Made by a program: the position numbers and the translations under genes | Shown: piece after piece, positions 51,583 through 63,391 of the stretch | Numbering within the stretch: the stretch's first letter is position 1 | Layout of the letters: each line of letters starts with the position of its first letter | The notes under the pieces: model-generated | The model's database searches: none | What the model saw: only the letters and a program-made list of their open reading frames with translations | Told to the model about the DNA's origin: nothing | Assembly (NCBI GenBank): GCA_951406725.2 | Contig: OX597834.1 | Span: 18,972,001-19,036,000, forward strand | Direction: 5' to 3' | DNA from: Octopus vulgaris | Lineage: Eukaryota | Length of the DNA: 64,000 bases

Positions 51583-51849
51583 CTTTAGTTTGCATGACTA
51601 CTACAAAATCCTCAATATTCTCCTAAATGCTTAACATTCAGATTAATCTGTCAAAGTGTAATGCATTTTTATTCACATTGTTTTGAATTAACGATTCATT
51701 ATCTTGTAGCTTTATGGTCTTGATGATGTGATTGGGGATTTTTAGAATGACAGGTGTGAGGGGTTGGATATGACCAATTTGCACATAAAACAGGTAGAAT
51801 ATTTGGACTGGATATGGCCAGTTTTAAACTGGTCAATGTGCCTAATTAA

Positions 51850-52125
51850 GAAGTGATGACTTAAGCTGTGGTAAATGGGAGACTGCTTTGTGAGATAAGG
51901 GCCAAGGAACTGATATTTCTTGGTCATGTGATGAGGAAAGAGGGCCTGGAGAATTAAGTGATGACTGGAATGATTGAAGGAAAAAGAAGCTGCAGAAGGA
52001 GAAAGATGATGAGGATGTCAAGCTTGATGTGCTTGTTGGAAGAAAGAGGCGTGAAACATGGTTAAGCAGAACTGTCACAGAAAATAAAGAACAGAGAATT
52101 GGACATGGCACCAAATGAAGAAGAC
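51850..52125 (+). pseudogene. RTE (BovB-like) LINE 3' end fragment
   Basis: LIFLGHVMRKEGLEN*VMTGMIEGKRSCRRRK is a typical RTE C-terminus. Ends in GAAGAAGA. Confidence 0.8.
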
Positions 52126-53690
52126 TACAAAATTACATTTCCTTCCCTGCAGAGCTGTCCATCATTATCATCGTTTAATGTCCATTTTCCATGCTGGCAT
52201 GGGTTGTTTATCTTGATATTTGGTCTGGACTGTGTTTCTGATGACTGGGAATTGTTTACAAGGACAATTCCTGTGAAGTCCTCAAGCAGCTCATTACTGT
52301 GTGCCATTCAGACACTCTGTTTTTTCTTTCTTTCTTTCTTTCTTTTTTTCTTCTGCGAACGCTTTGCAGAACTGGCATTGCAGAGACATCTCCATAAGAT
52401 GCTGTATTGTAGGACTGAAACCAGAGTGCACATTTTGTAGCAACACTAATACAAGGCTGTATTAGTGCTGTCTTTTATGGGTTAATTTATTATTGGTGAG
52501 AACCAGAATTTAGGGCATGGGTAAAAGCTAGCTGATTTGAGTTTTCCCTCATTATGCACCAGTCTCTGCACTAACCTGTGTCAAGTTGAAAAACTCTTTT
52601 TGCTACTCTATTGCTGTAATTTACGTTTTTCAACACATTCTTTTATATGTGCTGTCTTTCTTCATATGGCCATCCATGCAGCTGCCATTCTCTCACTCAC
52701 TCTCTTTTTTCTTCTTTTTTGCTGATGCTTTGTAGAACTGGCATTGCAGAGATATTTCCATAAATTCTGTGCTGTAGGACTGAAACCAAAACGCTGTGGT
52801 CAGGAAGTAAACACCTTAATCATACCACCACCACCACATCTGTGCATAATTTATCGATATTTTTATAAATATATTAATTTTATAGAAGTATATAAATTTT
52901 CTGATGGTATTTGAATGATAACTGAGGATATGGTGAAATTGGTGGCGGTGATAATGGTGGTGGTGGTGGTAGTGATGGTAGTAGTTGTTGTTGTTGTTGT
53001 TGTTGTAACACAGTCATTTGAATATCCTTTACATTTAAAAATAATTACTATTGCACTGATAGGAGTTGTTAAATAAATGTGAAAAAAAAAACAAAAAACA
53101 AAAAAAAATAACAAAAACAAACGTAAAACAGAAAAGAACAGAAAGCCACACACACAAACAAGTGCTAATACAAACAACAAGGCGAGAATATTTAATTAAA
53201 TAAAGCTTCTGTGCTTGCTTTCATTGAAATAGTATACACCACACGCATTTGTACTAACGGAAAATCATATTTAATACAAATGGACATATTGACGTGTGTG
53301 CGTGAACAGGGACTGTGTATGGACACTTGTTCTATTCATATACACCAAATACATTTTAAATTAAGTGTACACATACAGCTTTATGCAAATAGAATTTTTA
53401 ATATTTCACATAAAGATGTAAAACATGCATGGATATGTATGAACTCACTTTTATATATGCGTGTGTATATATGTGTGTGTATGTGTGAGTAGCCTAGTGT
53501 GTATACATGTACATATTCATTTGACATTAGGCTATTTGTACATTCAAAATAATTTGTGTCTTCTCTTATTGATGTGGTCACGTGAAAAGAAGTTTATTTC
53601 CCAACCACATTGTTTGGGTTCAGTTCCACTGCATGGCACCTTGGGCACGTGTCTTCTGCTATAACTTCAGTATATATATATATAACTCCA

Positions 53691-53726
<36 letters not shown>

Positions 53727-53731
53727 TTATA

Positions 53732-53772
<41 letters not shown>

Positions 53773-53850
53773 CCGTCCAACCCATGCTAGCATGGAAAAC
53801 GGACGCTAAACGATGATGATGATGATGATATATATATATATATATATATA

Positions 53851-54040
53851 GGGAAAGTTTATGAAAAAAACAAAAGACGAAGACAGGTGGTGTACAAAAC
53901 AAACAGATGTATTAGTATAACGCTCAGGAATAAAAAAAGTCTTTTACGTTTCGAGCCTACGCTCTTCTACAGAAAGGTACACAGAAAAAACAAGGAGAGA
54001 AACAAGGAGAGAAAAAAATGTGTGTAGTGGCTAACGATCT
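53851..54040 (-). mobile_element. Family D hammerhead-bearing element (motif at 53941-53976)
   Basis: The 36-nt motif is identical to 11606-11641. Abuts (TA)n. Confidence 0.88.
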
Positions 54041-54281
54041 ATGTTAAATGTCATATGTCCAAATTTGGCCAAATGCATTTTTTTCAATATTTATTTTTGC
54101 TTGCAATAGCCAGTTCTCTTGGTCAAACTATTATATCTCCAGCTGCTTCAGATGCTAAGATATCAAAAATTGTCAAAGTGTAGTATAGTGGTTTTGCATT
54201 GGCATAGTGAAACTATTTTTTCCTTTTCTGAAAAAGCAACATTTTGGACTTACAACACTTTAGCATAATATCAACAATATA

Positions 54282-54564
54282 CGTTTATATATTTGTTGTG
54301 CAAGATTTTTTATGTAAAGTCGTGTGTTGAAACAGATATTGTTATATTTCGGAATGGTCATTTTGCCAGTTTAGCCAATAAAAACACATGCACAATATAT
54401 TTGGTGTTATTTTGCTTCAGTGTTATTTATTTTTTATATTAATGTAAAAAAAAAAAATATAAAAAAAATAATAATAACACTGAAGCAAAATAACACCAAA
54501 TATATAGTGCGTGTGTTTTTATTGGCTAAACTGGCAAAATGACCATTCCAAAATATAACAATAT

Positions 54565-54565
<1 letters not shown>
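54282..54565. mobile_element. Fold-back insertion (~93-bp arms at 54335-54428 and 54472-54565) between 15-bp direct repeats
   Basis: Arms differ at only a few positions. AATATCAACAATATA at 54267-54281 and 54560-54574. Confidence 0.88.
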
Positions 54566-54595
<30 letters not shown>

Positions 54596-54598
54596 TGT

Positions 54599-54990
54599 GG
54601 AGTGGCTGTGTGGTAAGTAGCTTGCTAACCAACCACATGGTTCTGGGTTCAGTCCCACTGCGTGGCACCTTGGGTAAGTGTCTTCTGCTATAGCCCCGGG
54701 CCGACCAATGCCTTGTGAGTGGATTTGGTAGACGGAAACTGAAAGAAGCCCGTCGTATATATGTATATATATATATGCATGTGTGTGTTTGTGTTTGTCC
54801 CCCTAGCATTGCTTGACAACCGATGCTGGTGTGTTTACGTCCCCGTCACTTAGTGGTTCGGCAAAAGAGACCGATAGAATAAGTACTGGCTTTACAAAGA
54901 ATAAGTCCCGGGGTCGATTTGCTCGACTAAAGGCGGTGCTCCAGCATGGCCACAGTCAAATGACTGAAACAAGTAAAAGAGTAAAAAGAG
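54599..54990 (+). mobile_element. SINE family A, full length
   Basis: Same as the 5008 copy. Confidence 0.95.
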
Positions 54991-55400
54991 TATATATATA
55001 TATATTCCGCAAGGTCGTTCCCCAGCATGGCCACAGTCTAATAACTGAAATAAAGAATAAAAAATATGTGTGAGTGTGTGTGTGTATGGGAAGATCAGTG
55101 GTTAGGTCGATGAATTTGTGATCATAAGGTCATGGTTTTGAGTTCCAGAGTGATGATGCATTTTGCTCTTAAGCTAAACACTTCATTTCATGTTGTCCCA
55201 GTTCACTCAGCTGTTTAAAAAGGTAATCATGTGAAGGACTGGCATTCCATTCAGTGAGAATGTTGGTTGGCTCACTTAGCCAGCAAGGAGGCATCACTTG
55301 AAAGCTACAACACTGCAAGGAAACACATTGTGATCAGCGTTGTAAAATAACATTTCATAGCCTGGTTGATACAATTATATATATATATATATATATATAT

Positions 55401-55572
55401 TTCTTTACTGCCCACAAGGGGCTAAACATAGAGGGGACAAACAAGGACAGACGAAGGGATTGAGTCGATTATATCGCCCCCAGTGTGAAACTGGTACTTT
55501 ATTTATCGACCCCGAAAGGATGAAAGGCAAAGTTGATCTCGGCGGATTTGAACTCAGAACATAACGACAGAC
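55401..55572 (-). mobile_element. 5'-truncated SINE family B in a TA tract
   Basis: Family B core and tail. Confidence 0.9.
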
Positions 55573-55573
55573 G

Positions 55574-55611
<38 letters not shown>

Positions 55612-55614
<3 letters not shown>

Positions 55615-55780
55615 AGAATTCACAAAAAAAAGCAAAAGACGAAGACAGGTGGTGTATACAACAGATGTATTAGTTTAACGCTCAGGAAGTGAAAAAGTCT
55701 TTAACATTTTGAGCCTATGCTCTTCCACAGGAAGGAACACAGAAAAGAACCAAGGAGAGAAATTAAAGAATGTGTAGTGG

Positions 55781-55783
<3 letters not shown>
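55612..55783 (-). mobile_element. Family D hammerhead-bearing element, diverged (motif at 55699-55734)
   Basis: Minus strand CTTC-CTGTGGA-A-GAGC-ATAG-GCTC-AAAA-TG-TT-AAAG. Lies between TA and CA tracts. Confidence 0.8.
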
Positions 55784-55854
<71 letters not shown>

Positions 55855-55876
55855 GCATAAATATATATATATTTAA

Positions 55877-56085
55877 TCATCATTTAACATTTGTTTTCCA
55901 TGCTAGCATGGGTTGGGCAGTTAGACAAGAACTGGCAGGTCGTAGGGTGCATTGAGCTCCACTGTCAAGTTAAGCTAGCTTTCTAAAGCAGGAAGTTTTT
56001 CTTAATGCCAACCACCTTACACTGTATACTGGGTGCTTCTTTTTTGTGCCACCAGTACCAGTGAGGTCACCAAGAAACTTGCAAG
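55877..56085 (-). mobile_element. Family C, diverged
   Basis: TTTAACATTTGTTTTCCATGCTAGCATGGGTTGG...CTTAATGCCAACCAC. Confidence 0.75.
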
Positions 56086-56764
56086 GCCAGAAAAGAACTG
56101 GAAAAAGGCAAAAGACTCCTCAACTAAATGGCAGTGTTGGTGAGAATTATTTGAGAGGTGGCTTTATGCTTGGTGTGGAAAGCTAAAGTATGATAGAGCA
56201 ACAAGCCCAGGTATTTTTCTACAGTGGAAATCCATGGCAATACAGCATTATATAAGGGTAGACGGGAGTAGCTGGAAAGAAGACAGATTTTTTGCATGTG
56301 ATTGTAGAAACATTCATACAGATTCACACATATACATTTGCACACATAAATACATACACAGACACTGGAGCACTCATTCACACACATATATGCTCCAGAA
56401 TACAATGTGATGCCAGGTCCAGGAATTAAACCCACAACCTTATAATTCTGAGTCCAACATCCTAACCACTGGGCCATGTGCCTGCACTCGTAAATGATGT
56501 GCTTTAATACAACCGTATGATGATATATATACCACCTGGGGGGTGTAGATTTAGCAATCAGTTGTTGAAAGAAAATTCGATAATGCACAACAGTGCACGT
56601 GAATAAATTAAGTTTTATATAAGAATATTTTTCTAACTTTGCTCCAAAACAATTTTGTATTCATAACCCTTCATTTTTGTAGCGAATTAATTAATTGAAA
56701 TATTCCTTGGTGTATTTTGTAATCTTCCCTCACAATCATATGTATGAATGCATACAAACACAAT

Positions 56765-56798
56765 TATGTATTTATGTGTATATATGTGTGTGTGTATA

Positions 56799-56847
<49 letters not shown>

Positions 56848-57095
56848 ATATGTATATATGTATATGTATATATGTATATGTATATATGTATATATATATA
56901 TGTATATGTATATATATGTATATATGTATATATATGTGTATATGTATATATATGTGTATATGTATATATATGTGTATATATATGTATATATGTATATATA
57001 TATATATATGTATGTATATGTATATATATATATATGTATGTATATATATATATGTATATATATATATATACATGTATATATATACACACACACAT
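56765..57095. repeat. (TA)/(TATG)/(TG) low-complexity tract
   Basis: Direct inspection. Confidence 0.95.
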
Positions 57096-57500
57096 GGTCT
57101 TAACACCATTCATCCGTTACACATGAAGACTATTGAACTGAAAATTCTACAGTGGTAGTATATGTATCAATTTGAACATGATTGGTTCAATGCGTGTAAA
57201 TATTATATATCCAAATGTAAACCATGAATAAATCGGAAGAAAAACAGAGGTCAGAATAAATTTGCATATCTTATTTAATACACAGATTTCAAAATACACT
57301 TTAACATGCTCACATGCACACACAATTCACACACCTCCAAACCGTATATATATAGAGAACGCTCCTTATTTATAATAGTTGACTAGCTTTTCACTAGCCA
57401 CCGTTATAACCAACCTGTTTTTGTTGTGAACATAAATGTTCATGTTGTTGTGAGAATAATTGTTGATGTGTTTACTTGGGAACATTTTCCAAAACCTTAC

Positions 57501-57507
57501 TTGCCAT
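57501..57507 (-). CDS. Candidate start-codon exon end of an unidentified host gene (ATG GCA A, phase-1 donor)
   Basis: Minus strand GCCGCAACATGGCAA|GTAAGG: strong Kozak-like context directly followed by a consensus donor, in repeat-poor sequence. No downstream exon identified. Confidence 0.3.
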
Positions 57508-57743
57508 GTTGCGGCTAAATCTGTAAGTAACAAGTACTGCTAACTGCCGTTGCTTTGTTTAAAAGCACACATTAAATGGTGCGGTCTGGTTGCTTTACAG
57601 TGTTTACCTTTTATAATTATCCTGTTAATAGTCTCACTGCTGCTAGTTTTGCCTCTGATCACTGATGTGCTCCACCATAAGCACATGTAATCGAAATGTT
57701 ATCTTTGATCTGTTGTTTTTCAAGAACTGAAAGATGTTTCACC

Positions 57744-57753
57744 GACCAATCAG
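57744..57753. promoter_or_regulatory. NF-Y-type CCAAT box in a possible promoter region
   Basis: GACCAATCAG matches RRCCAATSR and lies ~240 bp upstream of the candidate ATG. Confidence 0.25.
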
Positions 57754-58506
57754 AATTTGACATGCCTCTGGTTTTTGCTTTCCTCTATCATCTCTCTCTC
57801 TCTCTCTCCCTCTCTCTCACTTTATATTTTTCTCTTCTTCATCTTCTTTTTCTTCTTCTCTCCCTTATCACTTGCAGTCAATCAGCCAAAAGCGGCAGTT
57901 TGGTGATAGATAAAAGTCTTGTCATTAATCGAAGCATTATAGTTGACAGTAATGTCTGTCATGTGTTTCAGAGCAAACATTGAATTCAATCCAAACTAGT
58001 ACACATCCATTAGTTAAACTTGGCAGCTTCATGCTCATCTAAAGTGCCGGCATTTGGAGGCTTCATGCTGTAATGTGCTTCTCAGTTTCTGCAGTTCCCA
58101 TGTTCCATGATCACAAGTGGAATTAAGATGAGGTTACACTGTCACAAGTGGCATTAAAACATAGCTAACCAATTGTATCCAGTGCCCTGGTTGCTGCCTT
58201 TGAATCTAACAATAATTTTGGTAAATGACAAGTACAGATATCATACAAACATACATGTATTCTTACACTGAGAGTTAGGTACCATATGAGGAAAATATTG
58301 TTTTTCCTTCTAAATGAATATGAATAGAGATTTGAAACATACCTATGAACAAATAGCTTCCAGCTATGATCATGCCAACCTTTTGTATATATCTCAATTA
58401 TGTTGTCCAACATAGCTTACCATTTTTGTTCTGAAGCTGAGGGATATTTAGTAGCCATCTCAAGCAGGCCAAGTAACTACATATAGATGCTCTTCTTAGC
58501 TTGTGA

Positions 58507-58623
58507 ACTTTAGTTTTTAGATAAGAGGGGTATACATATGAATATACATACATATATATATGTATGCATGTATATATGTATGTATATTCATATGTATATC
58601 CATCTCATCTAAAAACTAAAAGT
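58507..58623. repeat. Palindrome with ~50-bp arms
   Basis: CTTTAGTTTTTAGATAAGAGGGGTATACATATGAATATACATAC pairs with GTATGTATATTCATATGTATATCCATCTCATCTAAAAACTAAAAG. Confidence 0.85.
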
Positions 58624-58640
58624 TATATATATATATATAT

Positions 58641-59336
58641 ATTAATCAAAGGACATACTGAATATGTCTACCTGTTGGAAATAAGTCAAAACTCTTATTT
58701 AAACCACTGATAATAACTATGTAAATCAACTGTCTGCAAGCATACAGGTTAAGAAAATCATTCAATAACCCAATATAGTGCCCAGCTATATATATTTTCT
58801 AGTATTTGGACTCATGTGGACCAGTTTCTAAACTGGCATTATAGCCTCACCTTCTTTAGCACATGATGAAAAATCCCCCAACTGTCTGTGCTGCAACTGA
58901 TTGCTTTTGTACCAAATCATAGCATTTTCAGTGTGAAAAAAATAATTCCAATACAGAGCAAATAATTCAGCAGAAAATATTTGTGAAGATACCATTAACT
59001 CTATTATTATCTAGGATAAAATAATTAAATTGATAATTACAGAATTAATAATATAGGCGGCTGGAGGCCCAAAAAAGGCATTAAGTAGCTGAACGGTTAA
59101 AATTTATATTAATCAAAGGACATACTGAGGGTGTCTACCTGCTGGAAATACCAGTCAAAACTCTTATTTAAGCTGTTGAAAAAATAACACTGATAATAAC
59201 TACAGAAATCAACTGTTTGCAAGCATAAGGGTTAAGAAAATCATTCAACATTCCTATATAGCACCCAGCTATATATTTTCTAGTATTTTATCCTAGATAA
59301 TAATAGAGTTAGTGGTATCTTCACAAATTTTAGCTC
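58641..59336 (-). mobile_element. TA-flanked Penelope-like non-autonomous element: direct repeat, inverted segment and hammerhead motif
   Basis: Direct repeats at 58641-58808 and 59107-59289. 45-bp inverted repeat at 58979-59023 and 59284-59328. Hammerhead-like motif at 58812-58866. Confidence 0.7.
58812..58866 (-). ncRNA. Type I hammerhead-like motif (G5A-decayed)
   Basis: TCATGTG-CTAAAGA-AGGTGAGGCTATAATGCCAGTTTA-GAAA-CTGG-TC-CACATGA. Perfect 7-bp stem I and GUC cleavage triplet; stem III probably ACCGGT before CpG decay. Confidence 0.6.
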
Positions 59337-59400
59337 CATATATATATATAAATAGTAAGTGTGGCTTGTTAGCAATTTTTCAACTGCAAGGCAAAAATAT

Positions 59401-59966
59401 ATATGTCACTAAAGTGACTGAGTGTACTATTCAGCACCAGTATTGTTAGAAATTAGAATTGAAACATAGCAACAATAATGCACCGTCTTATTTACTGACA
59501 AAGAGGTGAAGCTTCCTAATCAAGTATATATTTCTTTACAACCCATGAGGGGCTAAACACAGAGGGGACAAACAAGGACAGACAAAGGTATTAAGTCGAT
59601 TACATTGACCATAGTGCGTAACTGGTACTTAATTTATCGACCCCGAATGGATGAAAGGCAAAGTTGACCTCGGCGGAATTTGAACTCAGAACGTAACGGC
59701 AGACGAAATACGGCTACGCATTCCACCCGGCGTGCTAACGTTTCTGCCAGCTTGTCAGTGGCTCTCAGAAGCACCTTGGGTTAAACTCAGTTTGCTTAGT
59801 CAGCTTACAAGATCACCGTAGAAATATAGCTAAGCCCAGTGTTTAAGAAGTTTGTTTCCCTTGTCAGTAAATAAGACAGTGCGTTGTTATGGCTATGAAT
59901 TGTATTGACTCTTATTTCTAGCAACACTGGTGCTGAATAGTGCCCTCAATTGCTTTAGTGATGTAT
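59401..59966. repeat. Old fold-back (~120-bp arms) with SINE B inserted in the loop
   Basis: TCACTAAAGTGACTGAGTGTACTATTCAGCACCAGT...GTCTTATTTACTGACAA pairs with TTGTCAGTAAATAAGAC...ACTGGTGCTGAATAGTGCCCTCAATTGCTTTAGTGA. Confidence 0.85.
59530..59753 (-). mobile_element. SINE family B
   Basis: Near full-length family B. Confidence 0.95.
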
Positions 59967-59981
59967 GTGTATGTGTATATA

Positions 59982-60385
59982 GGTGCAGGAGTAACTGTGT
60001 GGTAGGTAGCTTGTTTACCAACCACATGGTTCCGGGTTTAGTCCCACTGCGTGGCACCTTGGGCAAGTGTCTTCTACTATAGTCTCAGGCCGACCAAAGT
60101 GGATTTGGTAGACAGAAACTGAAAGAAGCCTGTCGTATATATGTATATATATATATATATAAATATATATGTATGTGTGTATGTTTGTGTGTCTGTGTTT
60201 GTCCCCCTAGCATTGCTTGACAACCGATGCTGGTGTGTTTATGTCCCCGTCACTTAGCTGTTTGGCAAAAGAGCCCGATAGAATAAGTACCGGGCTTACA
60301 AAGAATAAGTCCCGGGGTCGAGTTGCTCGATTAAAGGCGGTGCTCCAGCATGGCTGCAGTCAAATGACTGAAACAAGTAAAAAAA
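59982..60385 (+). mobile_element. SINE family A, full length
   Basis: Same as the 5008 copy. Confidence 0.95.
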
Positions 60386-60704
60386 AAAGAAAAATACATA
60401 CATGGAAACAAATATCTGATTACGGATAATTTTAGGAATAAACAGAAATCCTGAACTTCATTCTGGTTCAGTTTTCAAACACGAAAACAAACTATTTATA
60501 CTCCCTGTGCCATTGATGTGCATTTATCAAGTTCTATTCCAGGTGAATGTAAAAGCTTTGGAATGACATGCAAAGCATTTCCTGACGAGAATGGAACGGC
60601 ATTGGATTTTTATATCTTCTGCCATATGTTTATCTCTACATGCACACAGATGTTATTAAAATTTATAGTTTTACTATATCATTGTCAATGACAGTATATC
60701 TGCA

Positions 60705-60748
60705 TGCATATATATATATATGTATGTATATATGTATATATGTATATA

Positions 60749-60790
<42 letters not shown>

Positions 60791-61061
60791 ATATATATAT
60801 GTGTATATATATATATATGTATGTATATATGTATATATATGTATATATGTATATATGTTTATATATGTATGTATATATGTATATATATATGTATGTATAT
60901 ATATATGTATATATATGTGTATATATATATGTGTATATATATATGTATGTATATATATATGTATATATATATATGTATATATATATGTATATATATATGT
61001 ATATATATATATATATATACATGTATATATATGTATATATATATATACATGTATATATATG

Positions 61062-61114
<53 letters not shown>

Positions 61115-61155
61115 ATATGTATGTATGTATATATATATATATATGTATATATATG
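60705..61155. repeat. ~450-bp (TA)/(TATG) tract
   Basis: Direct inspection. Confidence 0.97.
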
Positions 61156-61545
61156 CAGTTGTTGGTTTACACAGCATCTTCTATAAAAGATGCTGTCAAG
61201 CAACCTACCCTTTAGCTATTTAGAGGGGTTATTTTTCTAGACTGACACACTGGCTTTAAACCTGTAAATACATGGATTTAGAATGAAACGAATGAATAAA
61301 ACAAAGATTTATCTTTGAAGAAAAGAACAAAATGTTTAAGAACTTTGGGTGTTGCAGCTACTGAAAAAGTTTGTGACGTTGCATATTCCTGCATATTTAC
61401 AGAGAAACAATAGCAGTAATGGTGGTAATTGTTGAAGCCACAGAAATTTTATTTTTGTTTCCAATTCTTTCATGCAACCAAACATGAATACAGAATAAAA
61501 CTATTATAATAGTTTTCAAGATGAAAATAGATTTCTCAATATTTA

Positions 61546-62038
61546 TGAAGGGGTGCTAAAAAAGTTCCTGGTTTTGGGTAAAAGCAAATACAGGAGGATC
61601 AGTTAATTATGATTTTATTCAACTGATGCCAGTGCCACCTTGACTGGCATCCGTGCCGGTGGCACGTTAAAAGCATCAACCGATCGTGGCTGCTGCCAGA
61701 CTCCCCTGGCACCTGTGCCGGTGGCACGTAAAAAGCACCCACTAGACTCATGGAGTGGTTGGCGTTAGGAAGGGCATCCAGCTGTAGAAACACAGCCAGA
61801 TCAGACTGGAGCCTGGTGCAGCCTCCTGGCTTCCAGACCCCGGTCGAACCATCCAACCCGTGCTGGTGCGGAAAACAGACATTAAACGATGATGATGATG
61901 ATGATATTCCCCTCTCAGATTCACACACTTATTGCAGTGGTCCTTTAGTTTTTCTAAGCCCTGCAGAGGAACTCATAAGGTTGGGCCTTCAACCAGGCCT
62001 TTCACAAGACCCAGGAACTTTTCAGCACCCACTGCCCG
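61546..62038 (-). mobile_element. Mariner-derived MITE interrupted by family C
   Basis: TIRs GGGTGCTAAAAAGTTCCTGG and CCAGGAACTTTTCAGCACCC. The minus strand retains the transposase C-terminus DHCNKCVNLRGEY(VE*) across the insertion. Confidence 0.85.
61624..61904 (+). mobile_element. Family C inserted in the mariner MITE
   Basis: Two GTGCCGGTGGCACG units, AGGAAGGGCATCCAG and (GAT)n tail. Confidence 0.92.
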
Positions 62039-62525
62039 TACATTTATTTAATAAGGAATGCAACTGAGTATTATGAACTAGGGATTTACAGCTATCATGC
62101 AATGTAAAGAGACGCACACACTCACTATGCTGGTTTCACAGCAGGTGAAGTTTTTTGACTTACATTCAGAGTGTTGTAAGGGGCGTGCACAAGGCAGTCA
62201 CTTTGTTATAGACATATTGTGCTGTATTCAAAAGTGTGTTACATTTATAAAGAATATCTGGTCATAGCCAGTGATAATGGTTACACATCACAAGGTGACT
62301 AAAAACTTGATGCTTCACTAGTAAAACTCAAATACACTTTCATATTTGCTTTTGATTCAGTTAGGATTCACTTTCAATGTATTTTACATAGCAATTATAA
62401 TAAATCTGACTAAGTACTTTTTCTATATATCATTCAACTAAAGAAAAGTCAATGCATATTATCCACAAGACATTTTGCTTCAACATAATTTCCTTCAGTT
62501 ACGATGCATTTTATACATGAGTGTA

Positions 62526-62766
62526 TCATCATCATCATCATCATCATCATTTAGCATCCACTTTTCATGCTAGCATGGGTTGGATGGTGCAACTGGGGTC
62601 TAGGAAGCCAGAAGGCTGCACCAGGCCCAGTCTGATCTGGCAATGTTTCTATGGCTGGATGCCCTTCCTAACGCCAACCACTTCGTGAGTGTAGTGGGTG
62701 CTTTTTACGTGCCACCGGTACAGGTGCCAGACGAGGCTGGGAAACGGCCACGGTCAGATGGTGCTT
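62526..62766 (-). mobile_element. Family C
   Basis: (CAT)n...GGATGCCCTTCCTAACGCCAACCAC...GTGCTTTTTACGTGCCACCGG. Confidence 0.9.
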
Positions 62767-63349
62767 GCAGTAACTAACCTAAGAATTTTCTTCTCCAGTT
62801 ATATATATAAATTACTTGTTTTCAGTTGGCAGATCACTATTGTAATGTTGCTGTTTAACACTAGGCTGACTCTGATTTAACAAATTTGTAATCGAAAATC
62901 CTCCCAGCTGTAACTATCCCGACATTTTGTATATAAAGAATACTACTTACTTAAAATGTTCTTCCTTTTCTAAAGTGAGTAGGATATTTTTGAGAAAGAT
63001 CTATCTGTTATTTCTAGCAACCAAATAAAGGTGCTCTCATTGGATTGTCAGACGTATATATTCTTTCTAGAGGTTATCACACCAAAATTATTTTGTAAAT
63101 ATATATATTCTTATGTAGTATTAATTCATATGCTCTAAGCTGGGTTAGGCACATTTTCTCTTCGTTTCTTATTGTGTTTCTGAAATATGGATGACTATTC
63201 TTCTGTATAGCAGAAGAATTGAAGCTTTTAATGTTATTACTTTCTGGAAATACTTTTGGTAAGATTTTGGATCTGATGATCTTTATTAATAATGTTTGTA
63301 CATGTAAGCATGTTGCACGTGGTATCAGATATGCACACACATAAACATA

Positions 63350-63391
<42 letters not shown>

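Noticed and set aside
52233-52288. CTGATGA plus long stem plus GAAG, a possible hammerhead
   Set aside because: GAAA is altered and stem III is absent; too degenerate to call without a family consensus
52295-52795. Two similar ~130-bp segments (52295-52425 and 52680-52795)
   Set aside because: Probably an old local duplication including a SINE A head fragment; no further structure seen
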